Shown here one piece after another: positions 38,791 to 52,501 of a stretch of 64,000 bases of DNA. The stretch spans positions 6,575,409 through 6,639,408 of the forward strand of contig CAJINV010000004.1 of the NCBI GenBank assembly GCA_905178155.1, given 5' to 3'. The first letter of the stretch is position 1. Every line of letters starts with the position of its first letter. Origin of the DNA: Amoebophrya sp. A120 (lineage: Eukaryota > Protista > Dinoflagellata). The position numbers and the translations under genes are program-made. The notes under the pieces were generated by a model that saw only the letters and a list, made by a program, of their open reading frames with translations, had not been told where the DNA came from and did no database searches.

Positions 38791-40209
38791 ACTAGGCGGG
38801 TGCTGTGCGGATTTCTTTAGGAGGACAACGGGCCAAGCCGTGGTTTTTTGTGGATTGTTGGACAGCACGTGATACTAATAGAGTAGTGCACCCCGTCAAA
38901 GAACCGGTTTGAAAGTACTTTCATACATTTTCTGTACAATGTCGAAAACGAAAAGCGAGGGTACAACTGTGCTTTAAAAATGCGGCTGCATCAGTATTCT
39001 CGTGCATCCGTGCTGCTTCTGGTTCTGGGTTTGCACTGCTTCCACATTCACGTTGAACTGTATGCTAACATTTTGGTCGTATTCACCCTGTACGAGAAGC
39101 CGAAAACTACGGCGTCTCGCTCCTCTAGTAGCTTTTTTGTCGCACCTCTGATGTCGTTTTTTTCTCCCCAAGAATAAAACTGAATCGATCCATTGTCTCG
39201 CCCTGTTCGACGGTTGGTGGTTTAGAAGCTCCTTGTGATTATCGGAAGTAGTTTCAACCAGCCCGCTATGGAATAATTGTAATTCTACCTCCTTACCTGT
39301 ACCTCCCCTATTGCCTCCTGACTGGCCAGTGCACAAGATGTAGTATGAAATTTGTATCTTTTTTTTGTTCTCGCCAAGTTCAAAAAACCTAAATTTTTCC
39401 CAGTTTGCTACCTAAATTTGCTACTACCTCGAATTTAAATTTGCTACGTGGAAAACAAAAAGATCGCCGTTTAAAGATAGCGCTGTTTACAAGAGGTTTA
39501 TTGCGCGCTTGTTGTAAGATTTCCGAATGAAAACAGCGACATTTTCTGAAATTCTGAGCGCCACGCACTAAGAGCTAAAAACACCGCCACAACTCCGGGC
39601 ACAATTGCCATACCATTGAGGGCATTGAAACAGTCTGCTGTGTGTTTCCTCAGCCACGGGAGAGTGGAAGCGCGACTTCTACGTGCCAGTCGGTTCATCG
39701 ATCCATCTAAAACGAGATCCAAATCTGCCTCTTTGTCATTCTCAGAGATTGATAAGTACCTAAAAGATACTCGCTTGCCGTTCTGCGTCTACATGAGTAC
39801 TCGAGCGAGGTGGTGATCTAAATGCCGACAGCCCTGCGATCAAGCGTCAGAAAATTGCGTTTCACCACCAATTCTGTTTCAGACCAAATTGACCGTATCT
39901 AAATACACATCGAGATCTGAAGCACCACGATGCGCTTCAAAGTGATCAGGATTGGATCAGCACGTGGAAAAAGGATTGTAAATGGATCCTCTTCAAATTT
40001 TAGATCCGAAGTAAAAGTGGCAACCGAAACAAAATCACGATCAAAATCACCGATCCTGCCTAAACTTTTTTTGCTATTCCGTGCGCACTTTAAAAATACA
40101 CCGACCAAAACCACCACGCACCTATATCATACCATTTTTCTACTTTTCCATTTCCACCAGGGGAACTCGAGTTTAAGGTTCGCAGTAGCTCGCACAAACC
40201 ACTCACAAG

Positions 40210-40752
40210 ATGGAAAACGAAGAGGGACTCCGCGTGGATTTGTACATCCCGCGCAAATGCTCTGCCACCAACCGACTGATCGCCGCCAAGGAACACAGTT
40301 CCATCCAGATGAACGTCGGACAGGTATAGGTTATGGATGCGAGTTTAGCATTACAAACTGTCATCATGATGCGATTTTAGCATTAGAAACAAAATCGCAT
40401 CATTTCACCTTAGCATTTCATTCTCGTTTTTGCAGGAGAGCCAGGACGGGATCGAAGGAGTCGTTGGCTTGAAGCTACACTAGCATGATATTTTCTGTGC
40501 TTAGAAAGAGAGATTGCGCCCGCACCAGTTGTGCATCAAATGTGCATGGAACTATTATTTTCTTAACAGAACAAAATCTGACTTGATAGAATATCGCATT
40601 TGATGTTAAAATCACAGGTCGACACCGAGGGTAAGTACACCAACGAATTCTTCACCTTCCACCTGGCGGGCTTCATCAGACAGCGCGGCGAGGCCGACGC
40701 GTGCCTGAACCGTCTGCTCTTCGAGAAGGGCCTCATCACCTTCTCCAAGTAA
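40210..40752 (+). CDS. RPS21: 40S ribosomal protein S21 (eS21); GT-AG intron 40324-40617
   Basis: [38 protein letters not shown] joined to VDTEGKY...[16 protein letters not shown]. Confidence 0.96.
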
Positions 40753-41416
40753 GAAGGAATTTTGTGAGGTTTTGGGATGAAGAAGAAGAACTTCATATTA
40801 TCCTGTCGGAGTTGTGCCGACTGGAGGAGGAACAAAAATGTTGAAGGGGAAGCGGAGGTTCTTTGGAAGTAAAGATCTCCGTGAAGATCTCTAAAACTGC
40901 AGAGCTACGAAACATACCACGAGGAGAGTACAGTATTGACAGTCGGGACTTATTTGTGAACTTTCAGTGTAAGCGGAATTTTTAGTTTGAAAGAAAGGGG
41001 GATTTGGATTTTCGAATCCTATCCGGAGCTCCGTAGTTCTGTGCTTACAAGACCTTTAACGATTGTCATGTGAATCTGTGCGTGATGCGCGAACTTAAAC
41101 ACAAAAGAGAAGAGCCGGCTGTGTTGCTGGGGCCGGATTGAATGGGCCATTTGTTGATGAAGTTCCCGATGTTCTAGTTTGTAATATCTGTTGCAAAAAT
41201 CGGTTGGTGTCTGCAGAGGGAATCTAAAATCGCGCTCGCGTCCTTGCGTGGCGTGGCCAGTTGATTTTTTTATGTGAATTGATGCCGTGTCCGTGTTATG
41301 CGGATCCCTATCCATTTCATCTCATTTTCGCCGGTACTAGTGGAGAGAGATTGTTGTTGAAGTTTAAGCACGGCATCTTCCTTTCTGAAACAGACCGTAC
41401 GAGAATGAACTTTTGA

Positions 41417-41770
41417 ATGGGATTTCTAAACAAGCGTACTATCCAATTTCTACTATGTTTCGGTGCAGCGATCCTCTTCCCAACAGTCATCGGCAGCCAC
41501 GTTTTAGACCACTTTCCGCTGTTGAGATCGTGCTGCGAAATCGTGAATCCCACGACGAAGACCACGAAAGCGAGTCGATTCACGTTCCGATGGAGGAGGT
41601 CCTGTAGCTCAAGCCACTTCACATACGACACCGCGCAGCGCTGCTTTCTGACCGAGGAGCGGTGCGAGTTTTATCGACAGCAGTATTTCCCGACCAGTCG
41701 GAACCGCTGCTACACCTGTTTTGAAGGCTACGCACGGTGTGACATGAAGGTGATGCATTTTGAGGAATGA
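41417..41770 (+). CDS. Possible small secreted Cys-rich protein, 117 aa
   Basis: Hydrophobic N-terminus (IQFLLCFGAAILFPTVIG) and many Cys; no homology recognised. Confidence 0.4.
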   Translation: MGFLNKRTIQFLLCFGAAILFPTVIGSHVLDHFPLLRSCCEIVNPTTKTTKASRFTFRWRRSCSSSHFTYDTAQRCFLTEERCEFYRQQYFPTSRNRCYTCFEGYARCDMKVMHFEE

Positions 41771-42275
41771 ATAGCCTTCGCTCGACGCAAGGAAGTTGCT
41801 ACTTAGTTTCATCATTTCGCTTGAAAATCTTTGTTGTCTTGCTCAAAAAATAGGCAGTTCTTGCACTCGTCGCGTGGTTGGTACCTGATTATCCCGCTTT
41901 CATTCCGGAAACAATTTTTTTCATCCATGCAAGAGTCGACATATAGCAGAAAAGCCGGTGAATGGCATTTCGTGTCATCGTTTTGCATCGTCAATGTCGC
42001 CCGAGTGAAGCAGGTGGTAGAATTAGAAACGAGTGGAGCGAGACATTGTTTCTCGAGAGAGTACGGCCACATGACCTTCACGGGGTCGTGTCTATCTGTG
42101 TATGTCCTGTACCGCAATCGAGTGAAACGTGGTAGTTCTCGTACAGCTAGGTATTGACGTGACGTTGGGGCCGAGACGAAGCCTAAGTACGCGCGTTTTT
42201 TTCCCGCATGAGAACCTCTGAAGGCGTTCTATTTATTTGATTTTTCCGCGCTCTGACCTCTCCTGACGCAAGATC

Positions 42276-45165
42276 ATGACTACAGCAGAATCGGGTGGCT
42301 CCGCCGGTCTTCCAGCGCACCAAGTTGCTGCACGCGCTGGTTTGCTAGTTTCCCGGGTGTCTTGTGTAAAGAAATTTATCAGGTTCGCACCCCTCCTGAC
42401 CCTGCTGGACCTCACTGTCCCCTCTGCCGCGACCCGGCCGGAAAACTTAAATTTGCGTCGCGAAATCCGGAGTGGGCAGCAGGAGAAAGATGCAGATGTT
42501 GGGAGAGAACTGCTCGTATTGCACCAGCCTCCGTCCATGCATTCCGGTGGTTTCACGAAAGGAACTTCGACATCCCAGACCGTTGCACTTGATGCGGTGG
42601 GCGAAGCGGGATCATTTTTGACGCGATCGACAGCCCCAGCGGGTCCAGTTTCTTCCGGGGCGCAGAGGTGAAGCACTGCTGATGTGCAACGAGTTTCATC
42701 TTCGGGCTCAGCTTGTGGTCATGGTACTACTGCTGGTGGTCGCGCGGCAAACGAAACCGTAGCCTTACTTGCGGCGGAGCAAAAATCGCGAGGGTCACTA
42801 CACGCAGCGAAAAGTAGGAGCAGTGCTGCAACTATTGCCACTGCTACTTTCCCGGCACCGCAGAAGAAGTTGTACCCGTGCTGGCTGATTGTTGCGTTCT
42901 ATTTCGACGACTTTTACTCGGAGCCAGCGAAGCGGGAGCTCGCGCAGCTTTTGGAGGAAACGGAAAACATGAAGTGCCAGCTGCATCTGCTCGTGAAGGA
43001 CGATAATTTTGTACCAGGGCCTGAGACTGCTACGCCTTCCACGGCCTCAACCTCAGCAACGAAATTCCGCAGCGGCGGCCCCTGTGACCATTTTGTCGGG
43101 GCACAGGCGGGGCGGTTTTGGGCGGGCCGCAGTAACATCACGGCTGCGCGCTGGACCGGCGGGGGACGGGTGGTGTGCACGGAGCAGCCGAATGTCGGTC
43201 GCGAGGCCGCTTCCTTTGCAAATTACACGTACGAAAAGTACGACGAGATCCAGGCACTGTACCCTTTGCGTTCTTCACCTTCGCAGCAATTGGAGCCGAG
43301 CGCCATCACCGTGGACAAAGAGCAAGACCTTTCTCTTGACAGATCTGCAAGCGCGTCGCCTTATCTCCGTCTGCACTACCTGCCGTTTCCCTGTTTCAAC
43401 CAGCACAAGGAGCGAATTAACACCATTCGGAACGCCTTTCGCCAGGATCCGCTCTCGGTGGGGAAGCCGCGGGCCTACTTCAATCACTACAATTTTCCGT
43501 CCGCTCATAGGGAGCCCGTTGTATCAGCATGAAGAGGGGCAGCGATGAATCATGTGATGCGCGTAATTTTTATCGTGCTAGAGGACCTACAGCTAGAGCA
43601 GGCGACGCACATCGGCACCGCTGTCCTGCATGCCTGAGCCAGGGTTTCGATAGAAACAAAAAGCTCAGGCCGTGTATCAGTACGTAATGTAGACTGAGCT
43701 TTATTCTGCCTTTTTGCATGGTCACAAGAGTCAGTAAGCAGACGCTGCTTCTTTGTGTGTGATACGTTGGGTATTTATCCAAAAAGAATGCGAGGTTACT
43801 GCAATTTACATTTTGAAGAACAGCTGTACTGCAGATACAGGTCCTCTTCCATGCTTCTCCTGCAATGCATGATCAATGCGACGAAGTACTAGATTGCAGC
43901 AATATTGTTTTACATTCTCATCATCAGCATCAGTGCAGTTTTTTTTTTGGATACCATTTGGCTGATAATGGCTACTTTTTCATCGCGGAGTACAACGGAC
44001 ATAAGATGTAACGGAGACAAAAACGCTCACACTATCGTGCCGTACAAGGGTTGTTTGTAGTTCTTGTTAGCACGCGAAACTTATTGCGATCTGTCCTGTT
44101 AGCACGCGAAACTTATTGTAGCGTTATGCTAGAGGACGGAGAAAAAGAACTACAGTCAGCATCACGAAGACCGAGAGCGTGTGTACAACTACGTTTCATT
44201 CCATAGAGTGGCACCAGCACGGTTTCGTCCCGACGCGTCGCTGAACGGTACCGCAACGTCTTCGTTATTTTCTTCTGCTGCTGCTACCGGACCAGGACCA
44301 CTTGGTACGACCACTGCACGACCTTTCCGTGGGGACAGTAGAACCAGTGGCACTCCGACGACGTTCCTCACCTGGTTGCGCAATATGTCCCCTTCGTGGG
44401 CCCCCGTGGCGGGCCCAATGACAGTGCTCGCCACCCACCTCGAGGCGTGGTACCAGAAATTCTGGAATCGCAACCACTATTTCGGGAAAAAAGTAATCTC
44501 AGTCGCAAATAAACTTTGCAATAGAGGACTCAGCAACACGAAAATTCGCGAAGCTTGGTCAGACAAATTAACCTCTGATGCGGCAAAGAGTAAGGAAAGA
44601 CCGGGATAACGATAAGACTTGCTTCATTTCTTGCCTGTTGAGCACGACAAAAATTGTGTTCAAGAAAGTGATTCCGCCCGCCGTGTGAGCTGAGACTGAG
44701 ATGGTTTTTTCTCCCGATAACCACCAGTGGCCGATGAATTTGCGCTCCTGGTACGAATCGTGGATCCGGGAGCCGGCCTGGGAAGAGGCCGGGACCTATT
44801 TCTCGGGAATGAACGGCGCCCAGTCCACGACGAGCGTCCTCTTGCTGCAGAGGAAGAAGGAACTCTACCGGGAGGTCGGGCAGGAATGCTCGACTGGTGA
44901 TAGCTTCGGAAACGAGTGCGGCCATTTTGTCGAGCGGCTCATGCCCGTCATATTCGGTTACGGGGCGGAGAATAAGGCGACGGAGTACAAGAATACGACA
45001 AGTTTAGAAAATGAGCTCCCAAATATTAAAACCCGTGCAGCTGCTCCTGCATCTCTACCGGAGACCGAGGTAGTGAAAGCGGCGCCTCCTCGGGGAAGAA
45101 GCATGTTGCTGGAAGCGTTGGAGACGGGATTTTCGTACGTTTTCGCCGGTCTCTTTCTCCGATAA
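42276..45165 (+). CDS. DUF3431-like protein, multi-exon; exon structure unresolved
   Basis: PNVGREAASFANYTYEKYD and GHFVERLMPVIFG resemble DUF3431 motifs. Confidence 0.6.
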
Positions 45166-45771
45166 GGGGGTCATGAATTCGCGTTTCGGCGCATAGCAGC
45201 GCGATATCTGATTCTGATTTTGTGATAAGGATGTGGCCCACAGGCACGAAAAATGGTTTTGGAGAAGTGCGCCTGAAGATGACGAAGCGAAGAGTTTTCT
45301 GCTTTGAAAGATTTGTGTGTGGCAGCTAGGATGCTTCGTTTTGTTCGCTTAAGAAAGGATCGATGAAAGCGATAAGATAGAGGGTGCATACAATGATCCT
45401 GTTTTCGCAAATCAATCTGCAAATTTCTCTGAATTCGAAAACAGAAATTAAACAGAAGATGAGCGTTCTTGTTGAGATTGAGCGCTGAGAGTGTCAGCGG
45501 CCCGGGGCATTCTCAAAGCAGGGCTTTGACCACCGCGGGAAAATCAGAAACTCTTGAGTGAAGTGAACCAAAAGAAAATAACGTGAGATCCCGATTGTTA
45601 CGTCGCACTGTAGTTGTGCATTATTAGTGCGGCGACGGCGACGAGCGTTGCGTTCGTGAAAAGCTGCGCAGACCTTCTTTTGGTGGGCCTGGCAGGCCTT
45701 CTACGTCCTTCTTCGGTTGGCATTACGTATCAACAAGTCCTGCAACAAGCTGGAATTTTGCAGACCAAAAA

Positions 45772-47414
45772 ATGCCCTCCAGTGCTGCCGCCAGCAGCTC
45801 CGCCTCCGCCGGCGTCAAGCGGCCGCGACGGGACAGCGCGGAGGAGACCGAGGAAATTGCCAAATACGCCTGCGGATCAAATGCAAATATGTCTGGGTCT
45901 GGAAGGTAGCAACTTGTGACGCTGTCTTCGGATTCGAAAAAGATCTGTGTTGCATGACCAGCAAGAGGAGCCGATTTTTTCCTACGCGGAGGGGGGATGT
46001 GTCATGCGGAGTAGGCATCGAGAAGCCCTGCTCAAAAATTCTGTGACGCTAGGGCATGCATCACAGACATTATGGCTCATGCAAAACGTGCATGACATTG
46101 ACAAGTCTCCGAAACTTCCAGACCCAGACACTTTTGCAGTTGATACTGCGCCGTGTGCATGGAGGTGGTCACCGACTGCCACTCGTCCACCTGTTGCGGG
46201 GCTGTGTTCTGCGGGGAGTGCAAAACCGTATTGGAGCAGGAGGACCGAAATTTGTGGCCGGCGGAGGGTCGCCGACCCTGCCCGCACTGTCGAAAGAAGG
46301 CACCGTGCTACGTGAAAAACCTGGCGTTTCATATTCGCGAGCAAATATCACAGCTCCCGCAATCGGCCAAGGCAATACTTCTCATGCAAGACAATTTGAC
46401 GCGCTCGTTCTCTTCACTCTATGTTTTGAGCCTTTATTTTCTAGTAGTCGTCCACCATGGGAATAGTTCATTGCGCCCTATAGCAAATTTTCCCGGCTAG
46501 AAGTACCGCACAATTAGCCAAGAAGTCATCGTGACTAATCTGGAATTGGATGTTTTTGAAGGATCGTAGAACCGCGGAGAAATTGAAATATGTATAATTA
46601 CTCAGAAATCCAACTCCAAGTTGGGGAAGTCAAACTCAAAGTGCTGTAGTATGAATGATGTGGGGGCGTCCTTTTTTTATTCAGGATACTGAAGCGCCTC
46701 GCAAACGAAGTCGAGGTGGTGTGCCCAGAGGAGCGGTGCGGCGTCAGGTAAAGCATATATGAGAATTACTACGGTATTTTTGTTGCCGCGCAAGGAAGTA
46801 AAACTAGAACTGCGCGTTCTGTTGCGCAACTCTAGGGACCACACCCTGGTCTTGGTGAGAAAGGCAGCGTAGCGTAGCTGGAGAATTTATCTTTATCTCC
46901 CGCACAAATCTTCAACACCGCCATGCCCATCATGGTTCTTTCCATTTCGAAAAAGATAAGCATATGATAAAACAAGAACCAAAACCCTCGTTGCAGGTCG
47001 AAAGTTGGTGAGCGCCACTGCGATTGGTGTCCGTGGGCAACGACCGAGTGTTCGCTGTCTTGGATGGGCTGTAGGTGGACAGGTCCGCGGAAGAACCTGA
47101 AGCAGCACATGGAGGACTGCCACGCTCCGCGGTGCCGACAGCGACCCTGCTGCCCAGGGAAGCTGCAACAGCTTCCACAGAACGTGTGCGAGACCGTGGG
47201 CACCGGCTCTTTCTGCGACACCTGCGGCTGCGCGCCGCGGAAGGACAGCGGCCACACTTGGTACGGCTGCGACGTCGACGACTGCGACTACCTCGAGTGC
47301 TCCAGCTGTCTCATCCACCGCCCGCTGCGCACGATGCTGCTTGGCGTGGATGGGCTCGTCCGGGATAAGGGGGACCTACGGCCGCGGTTTGAAGACGGCG
47401 CGGGCGCTTTTTGA
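45772..47414 (+). CDS. RING-finger / zinc-finger protein, multi-exon
   Basis: Spliced CAVCMEVVTDCHSSTCCGAVFCGEC...CPHC; downstream GCRWTGPRKNLKQHMEDC and a Cys-rich module. Confidence 0.75.
45875..46145. mobile_element. Introner, family A, inside the first CxxC of the RING
   Basis: Left end gatcaaatgc (first base T>G); DR ctgcg/ctgcg; removal gives KYACAVCMEV. Confidence 0.92.
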
Positions 47415-48483
47415 AGTGAAGATGGATCTTCTGCTTCCGGTGTGATTAGAGGTACTTAATATCTCAACACACGTCCGTGTACTAACTTACCACGCATAAA
47501 GCGGCCTGTATACGCGACTCAGAGCAGGCCTCGCGGTGAAGATGAAACATGGAACTAAACAACTTTTTTGCTGCTCTGCAAAAGAGCCGGTTGTGGATAT
47601 CTATGCGCGCACGCCTATCCACACTTGTTTCCTCGTGAATTATCGTCTTCTTCCGGACGATTCATGGACGACTTGAAGTTTTGAAATTTTGCTTGTTTTG
47701 TTTTCCATGAAAGATCAACAAAAACACTTTCAATTTTGCAGCGAGCTGGAATCGGCAGATTTTGTCATTCCGAAACCAACTAGTGAGACATGATTTTTAT
47801 TCTGATAGGCCATCTAGGTCTTTTTTGTTTTTCGTCGGTGTTCCCGTCCTCCTTGTGTGTGTTGTGCTTTCGTAAGTTGCGCTTTATCTTCTACTGGAAC
47901 GCCAACATCCCAAGCTTTTTTTGTTTTACCCAGCGCAAAGAGAGTTGAGATTCAGAGGGAGGATGAAATCTGAGCACTTGCACATGATGAAATCTTGTGA
48001 TCCGATGCGATCAGGCAAGAAGCGAGCATGTACACCGATCAACTCTCCACTGATTTAGAGCCTGAATAAACTTTACAACATGCCGAGGCAGCTGATTCGT
48101 AGAAGAAGCTGCAAGACCAGTGTTGTAAGCAGTGCTCGGCGTAGTTTATTTCAATGAAGCCAACATCAGAGTTTGAAAAAACTGCAGCCACTCTTACACA
48201 CGACAAGAACTTTGCAAGCTTCAGTCTACTTGTTCTCTGAGGCTTAGCCGAACCCCAAAGTTATATTTTCGCGTTTTTTTAACGTATACCTACGTATTTC
48301 TTCCGGAATCGAATCCGACTCACGATGAATTTGTTTCTCTCGCACGAGTTTCGTAGCTGCGCCTAATTTCTGTTCTCCACCTCTAGTACCTCTCTTTTCA
48401 ACTTCACCTGGTCATCGTGAATGCATTCGAGGATTTGAGTCTGCCCGGGGATCGCCCATTTGTTTTGGTAACTACACAACAAA

Positions 48484-51482
48484 ATGACGGATTTCTCGCG
48501 TGCCCAGGAGCTCTACATCGACGAGCGGTACCAAGCCTGCGTGGACTTGCTGTATGAGAGTGCACAAGTCCCCTTCCCCCTCATTTGTATTGCATGAGCA
48601 GCAATACAGGGAGCCTGTGCATTACAAATTCATGCGCCTCGTGTAGTACTGTTTGCGCTTCCGGAATCTGTCATGCAAACAGTGCACAGGTGGGAAGCAC
48701 AAGCACGTGGAGTTGGTGTTTTGCATGACAAATGTGGGGCAGGGGGAGTTGTGCACTGTCATATGCTGCCAGACCCTCCCACAACTCCCGCAGAGAACCT
48801 CCCGGAAACTACAACTACTACATGGAAGTTTTTCAAGTTGCGCGGGCTCGCAAAGTACCAGCTCGGTGACTGGAAGAACGCGGAGCTTGATTTGGAGAAA
48901 AGCCTCGAGCTTTTCCACCAGGCGAACAACGGTGCTTCCACAAACGCCTCCCGGAAGGGCGACGCGGAGCTGACACCGGAATTGGATTTTTTGAACTTGT
49001 CGTTGGGGAAAACGTGCTTTTACGCGAAGAAGTACGACGCAGCCATGAAGTACTTCGGGAAAACGGACCACAAGCTGTGGCAGAGCAAAGTGTCGGCGGC
49101 CATGAGCGGATCGGTTTTGCCGCTCAAGAACTTCCTGCCGCCCGCAGGAACCGCGGCCGCGGCGGCGTCCTCTAGTACAACTTCGGGGCAAGGGCAACGC
49201 ACCGCCACCGCTTCCGTACCGCCGGCGAACAAGGCGGAAGTCGTAAACAAGTCGAAACTTCCTGCTTCTGCAAAACCCGCGGACGCGAAAAACAAGGGGC
49301 TGGACAACGGACACGACGAGGAGGACGACGAAATCGAGGTAGAGGAATTAGAACCAGCCGCACCGTACCAAATGCAAATATGTCATCTGGGTCTGGAAGA
49401 TTGCGAGATTTGTATTGCTGAACTCGCATGCCCGTGAACTCTGTGGTGCATGGTGTGGAATAGGGCCAACCCTCTGTCATACAAAAACGCGATTTGTGGT
49501 GCGGGTTACGCATGAAATAACTGCTCAAAAATTTCTCATGCATGGCTGCGTATGAGGGTCAGTTTGCGATGCAGGAATTAGCATCGCAAGTTTCCAGACC
49601 CAAAGGACATATTTGCAATGCATACACCGCCGCTGAAGCCAATCCGCCACGAGTGGTACCAGAACAACGATTTTGTGATGGTGTCGGTGTATCTGAAGAA
49701 CCTGCCGAAGGTATCCTATGTAAAAACGTCTCCACACCATATTCAAGATGGGAAATCTGCAACACAAATCTCCAAGTTTTGGGAGTTCTGCATGACAAGT
49801 CTCCATCTGCAGTGTAGTGCTGGTTAGCAAGGAAAGCCGCATGAGAAAGCCATTTCCTGTTTACAGCATTCCAAATTCCAAAACTCGACTGGAAGTGGCT
49901 CTCAAGGAGATGCGCATTACAAATGGTCCTGTCATTGCACATTGGCATGACAACTCTTGAAAAGGGACGTTTTTACACAGGATAGAAGGACCAAATCAGG
50001 GTGAGTTTTGAGGAGAATCGGTTTGTAGTGGAAAACCTGCGGGTGGAGTCAGATGCGATGTTTGAAAAGGAAAAACTGTTCGAAAGAACCCTGGCGGTGC
50101 AGCTCTTCACCGAGATCGTACCAGAGGAATGCGTGGTGGACCATGGGAGCGTATTTACTTACGTTGGGTTTTTCCTCATGCTTCGTGCTTGTTCCATCTC
50201 AATGCATGCTTTGTGATTTTTCTGTTTGTCTGTACTCTATCAATCGAATATAAACTGTTGCTGTTTTTCACAATGCAATGATGTAGCCTGCTTTATTTCC
50301 TTTTTTTTTTCCGTCGTTCTCGTGAAAGAACCGGAACCTTTCTCATCTCTTCCCCCGAACAACCCCCACAGGTTAAGATCGAGTTGAAACTGAAGAAAGC
50401 CGTCCCGGGGCTGCAGTGGAGCGGGCTGACGCCGGAGGCTAAGCAGGTGAACGACAAACCGTTGGCGTATCCGACCTCCAATGCGAAAAAGAACTATCAA
50501 GAGGAAAATTCCGGCCCTTCCCCATATAAAAACGAAGTTTCTGATGCTGGATATGCGTACACAAATCAGCTTTGTCTTGCTGGAGAGGACTTGCAGGCAA
50601 ATATCAAGGCCCAGTAGTGAGGTTTTGGCCTAGGCGCTTAGTCGATGAAAAACGTCTGTGCTGTAGGCCCAACAGCATCGCAAACCGCCTGCATAATGCC
50701 GCGGAGCCTGTGGGGTTGCCTGCTCGCAAGACAGGCGCGATTTGTGGCCACAGATCAGCAACACAAATTCTCGGAAACGTACCGCGTCAATATGGGGAAG
50801 GGGGGCGGTTCCTCGCGATAAGAACAAGTGGGTGACCACCGTGGACGACGACGAGGACGAGAAACCGCAGGGCGACGTATGCCATGCAAATATGTGTGTG
50901 TCTGGAATAAACTTGTGATGGCAGTTTGCGAAACACCAGCAACCTCCAATATGGGGACAGGCATGACAAGTTTCTGAGCGAGGACTAGGTCATCTTGCGT
51001 AAACTGCATGAGAAACTGCGTTCACAAAAAAAAATAGCTTGTTGGTAGCGCAACATGCATGACAGATCTTTCTTTCCTGTCAGCAGAGCATTACAAAGTC
51101 CTGCAATTACTTATCTACTTCCAGACCCAGACATGTTTGCACTTGATACGACGAGGCTCTGAACAAATTGTTTAAGGAAATTTACGGTAATGCAACCGAC
51201 GAAACAAGAAGAGCGATGGTACAGGGCATGGTGTACTATGATGTTACTAGGAAAATAAAAATTTGGTGTTCCATAAACGGTTTGATTTCAAAAATTAAAC
51301 CGCACCTCAGCGACGGGCTTTTATGTACTTGAGCAAATTGCTTTCTTTTTTATCAGGTAAAATCGTTCCAGACCAGTGGGGGCACCGTGCTTTCGACAAA
51401 TTGGGACGAGGTGGGGAAAGCAGATTACGAGGGAAAAGACCGCCCAGACGCGCCGCAGGGACAGAGTTGGAAGAAATGGTAG
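48484..51482 (+). CDS. SGT1: SGT1 co-chaperone (TPR-CS-SGS); 5 introners and canonical introns at about 50151-50371 and 51219-51357
   Basis: CS start IRHEWYQ; SGS domain GDEALNKLFKEIYGNATDETRRAM and KSFQTSGGTVLSTNWDEV. Confidence 0.93.
48553..48763. mobile_element. Introner, family G
   Basis: Ends tatgagagtgcacaagtcccc / gggggagttgtgcactgtcata; DR tgctg/tgctg; removal gives VDLLPDPP. Confidence 0.9.
49366..49624. mobile_element. Introner, family A
   Basis: DR caccg/caccg; removal gives PAAPPLKPIRHEWY. Confidence 0.92.
49712..49984. mobile_element. Introner, family E
   Basis: Ends tatcctatgtaaaaacgtc / gacgtttttacacaggata; DR gaagg/gaagg; removal gives NLPKDQIRVSFE. Confidence 0.92.
50495..50820. 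mobile_element. Introner, family H
   Basis: Ends tatcaagaggaa...ccttccccatat / atatggggaagg...ttcctcgcgata; DR agaac/agaac. Confidence 0.9.
50878..51148. mobile_element. Introner, family A
   Basis: DR cgacg/cgacg; removal gives PQGDEALNKLF. Confidence 0.92.
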
Positions 51483-52501
51483 AGCGTGCATTTATTTTGG
51501 GGCAGCATCAGCTGCATTGTTGGAAAATCAAAATTCCATTCTGAGCGGTGCAAGAAAACAGGCTCGTTCTTTGTAACAACAGACCATTCTGTCTCTGCTC
51601 ATCTCTAAAAACCAAAGCGAGTACGACCGGTCATCTCCATATCGACTTTTTTGTACCGGAAAAAATTAAACTGGACATCACGAACCGCACTTTCTTCAAA
51701 GGCGATTCAGTGACTACTTAGAGGAAGCCTGTATTAGCACACAGTGTTGATCACGGCACGCGCGAGAGAGCGTTCTTCAGCCGCGTTGCGTTAGTTGTTT
51801 TCCTGTCGATGCGAAATTATTTCACGAGGGGGATTAGCTAATGGATCGGCTCCACGAATGACAATGTGGTTGTGGAAGTGGAATACGGTACGATAAATCG
51901 GTGCTCAGATCAAATGGAAGAACCGCCGCCCGGTTCTCTGATCAAAAAAAAAAAATGCATCGGGTTGGAACAATTCGTCCAGGTCTTCTTGTACCTTCTT
52001 CGAGTTCGATCACAGACGAAATTGTCGCTCCATTGTCATCATCAATCAGGTATAGGTTCTTATTTTCCGAAGCTAAATAAGTACTTGTACTTCGATCTCG
52101 ATGTCATCCTCGTGCAGCTGATTAAAAGAAGATCTAGCTCAGCAAAATGAATGTAGCGGCCGTTCAAATTATGTTGTCCGAGAATCTGTTCAACATCGGT
52201 GTTTCCTGTGTGTGCCGTCAAATTCTTCTTCGTGAATTACATCTACTCCGCAGGCAGCGTTCGTTTCCTCCCCCTCCAGTTTACGTAGCAAGCAAGTTTT
52301 ATCTTCACTCTGTTGGCATTTTGTACTGGATCATTTTTCGAATTCGAATTCGAAGTAGAACCAGGGAAGAAGACAAACGTAAATGTACCCCCGCACGTGG
52401 TTTTGTCCCCATCTTTGAAGTAGAGGTGGGGCTTTTTACTCATCCCCCCCCCCCCCGCCCCGCGACCCCATTGATCCCCGCTTGACAAAAATATAAAAAT
52501 C

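Noticed and set aside
38531-38868. Short ORFs over the GAN triplet tract
   Set aside because: Explained by the microsatellite; no supportable gene model, although a small acidic exon cannot be excluded.
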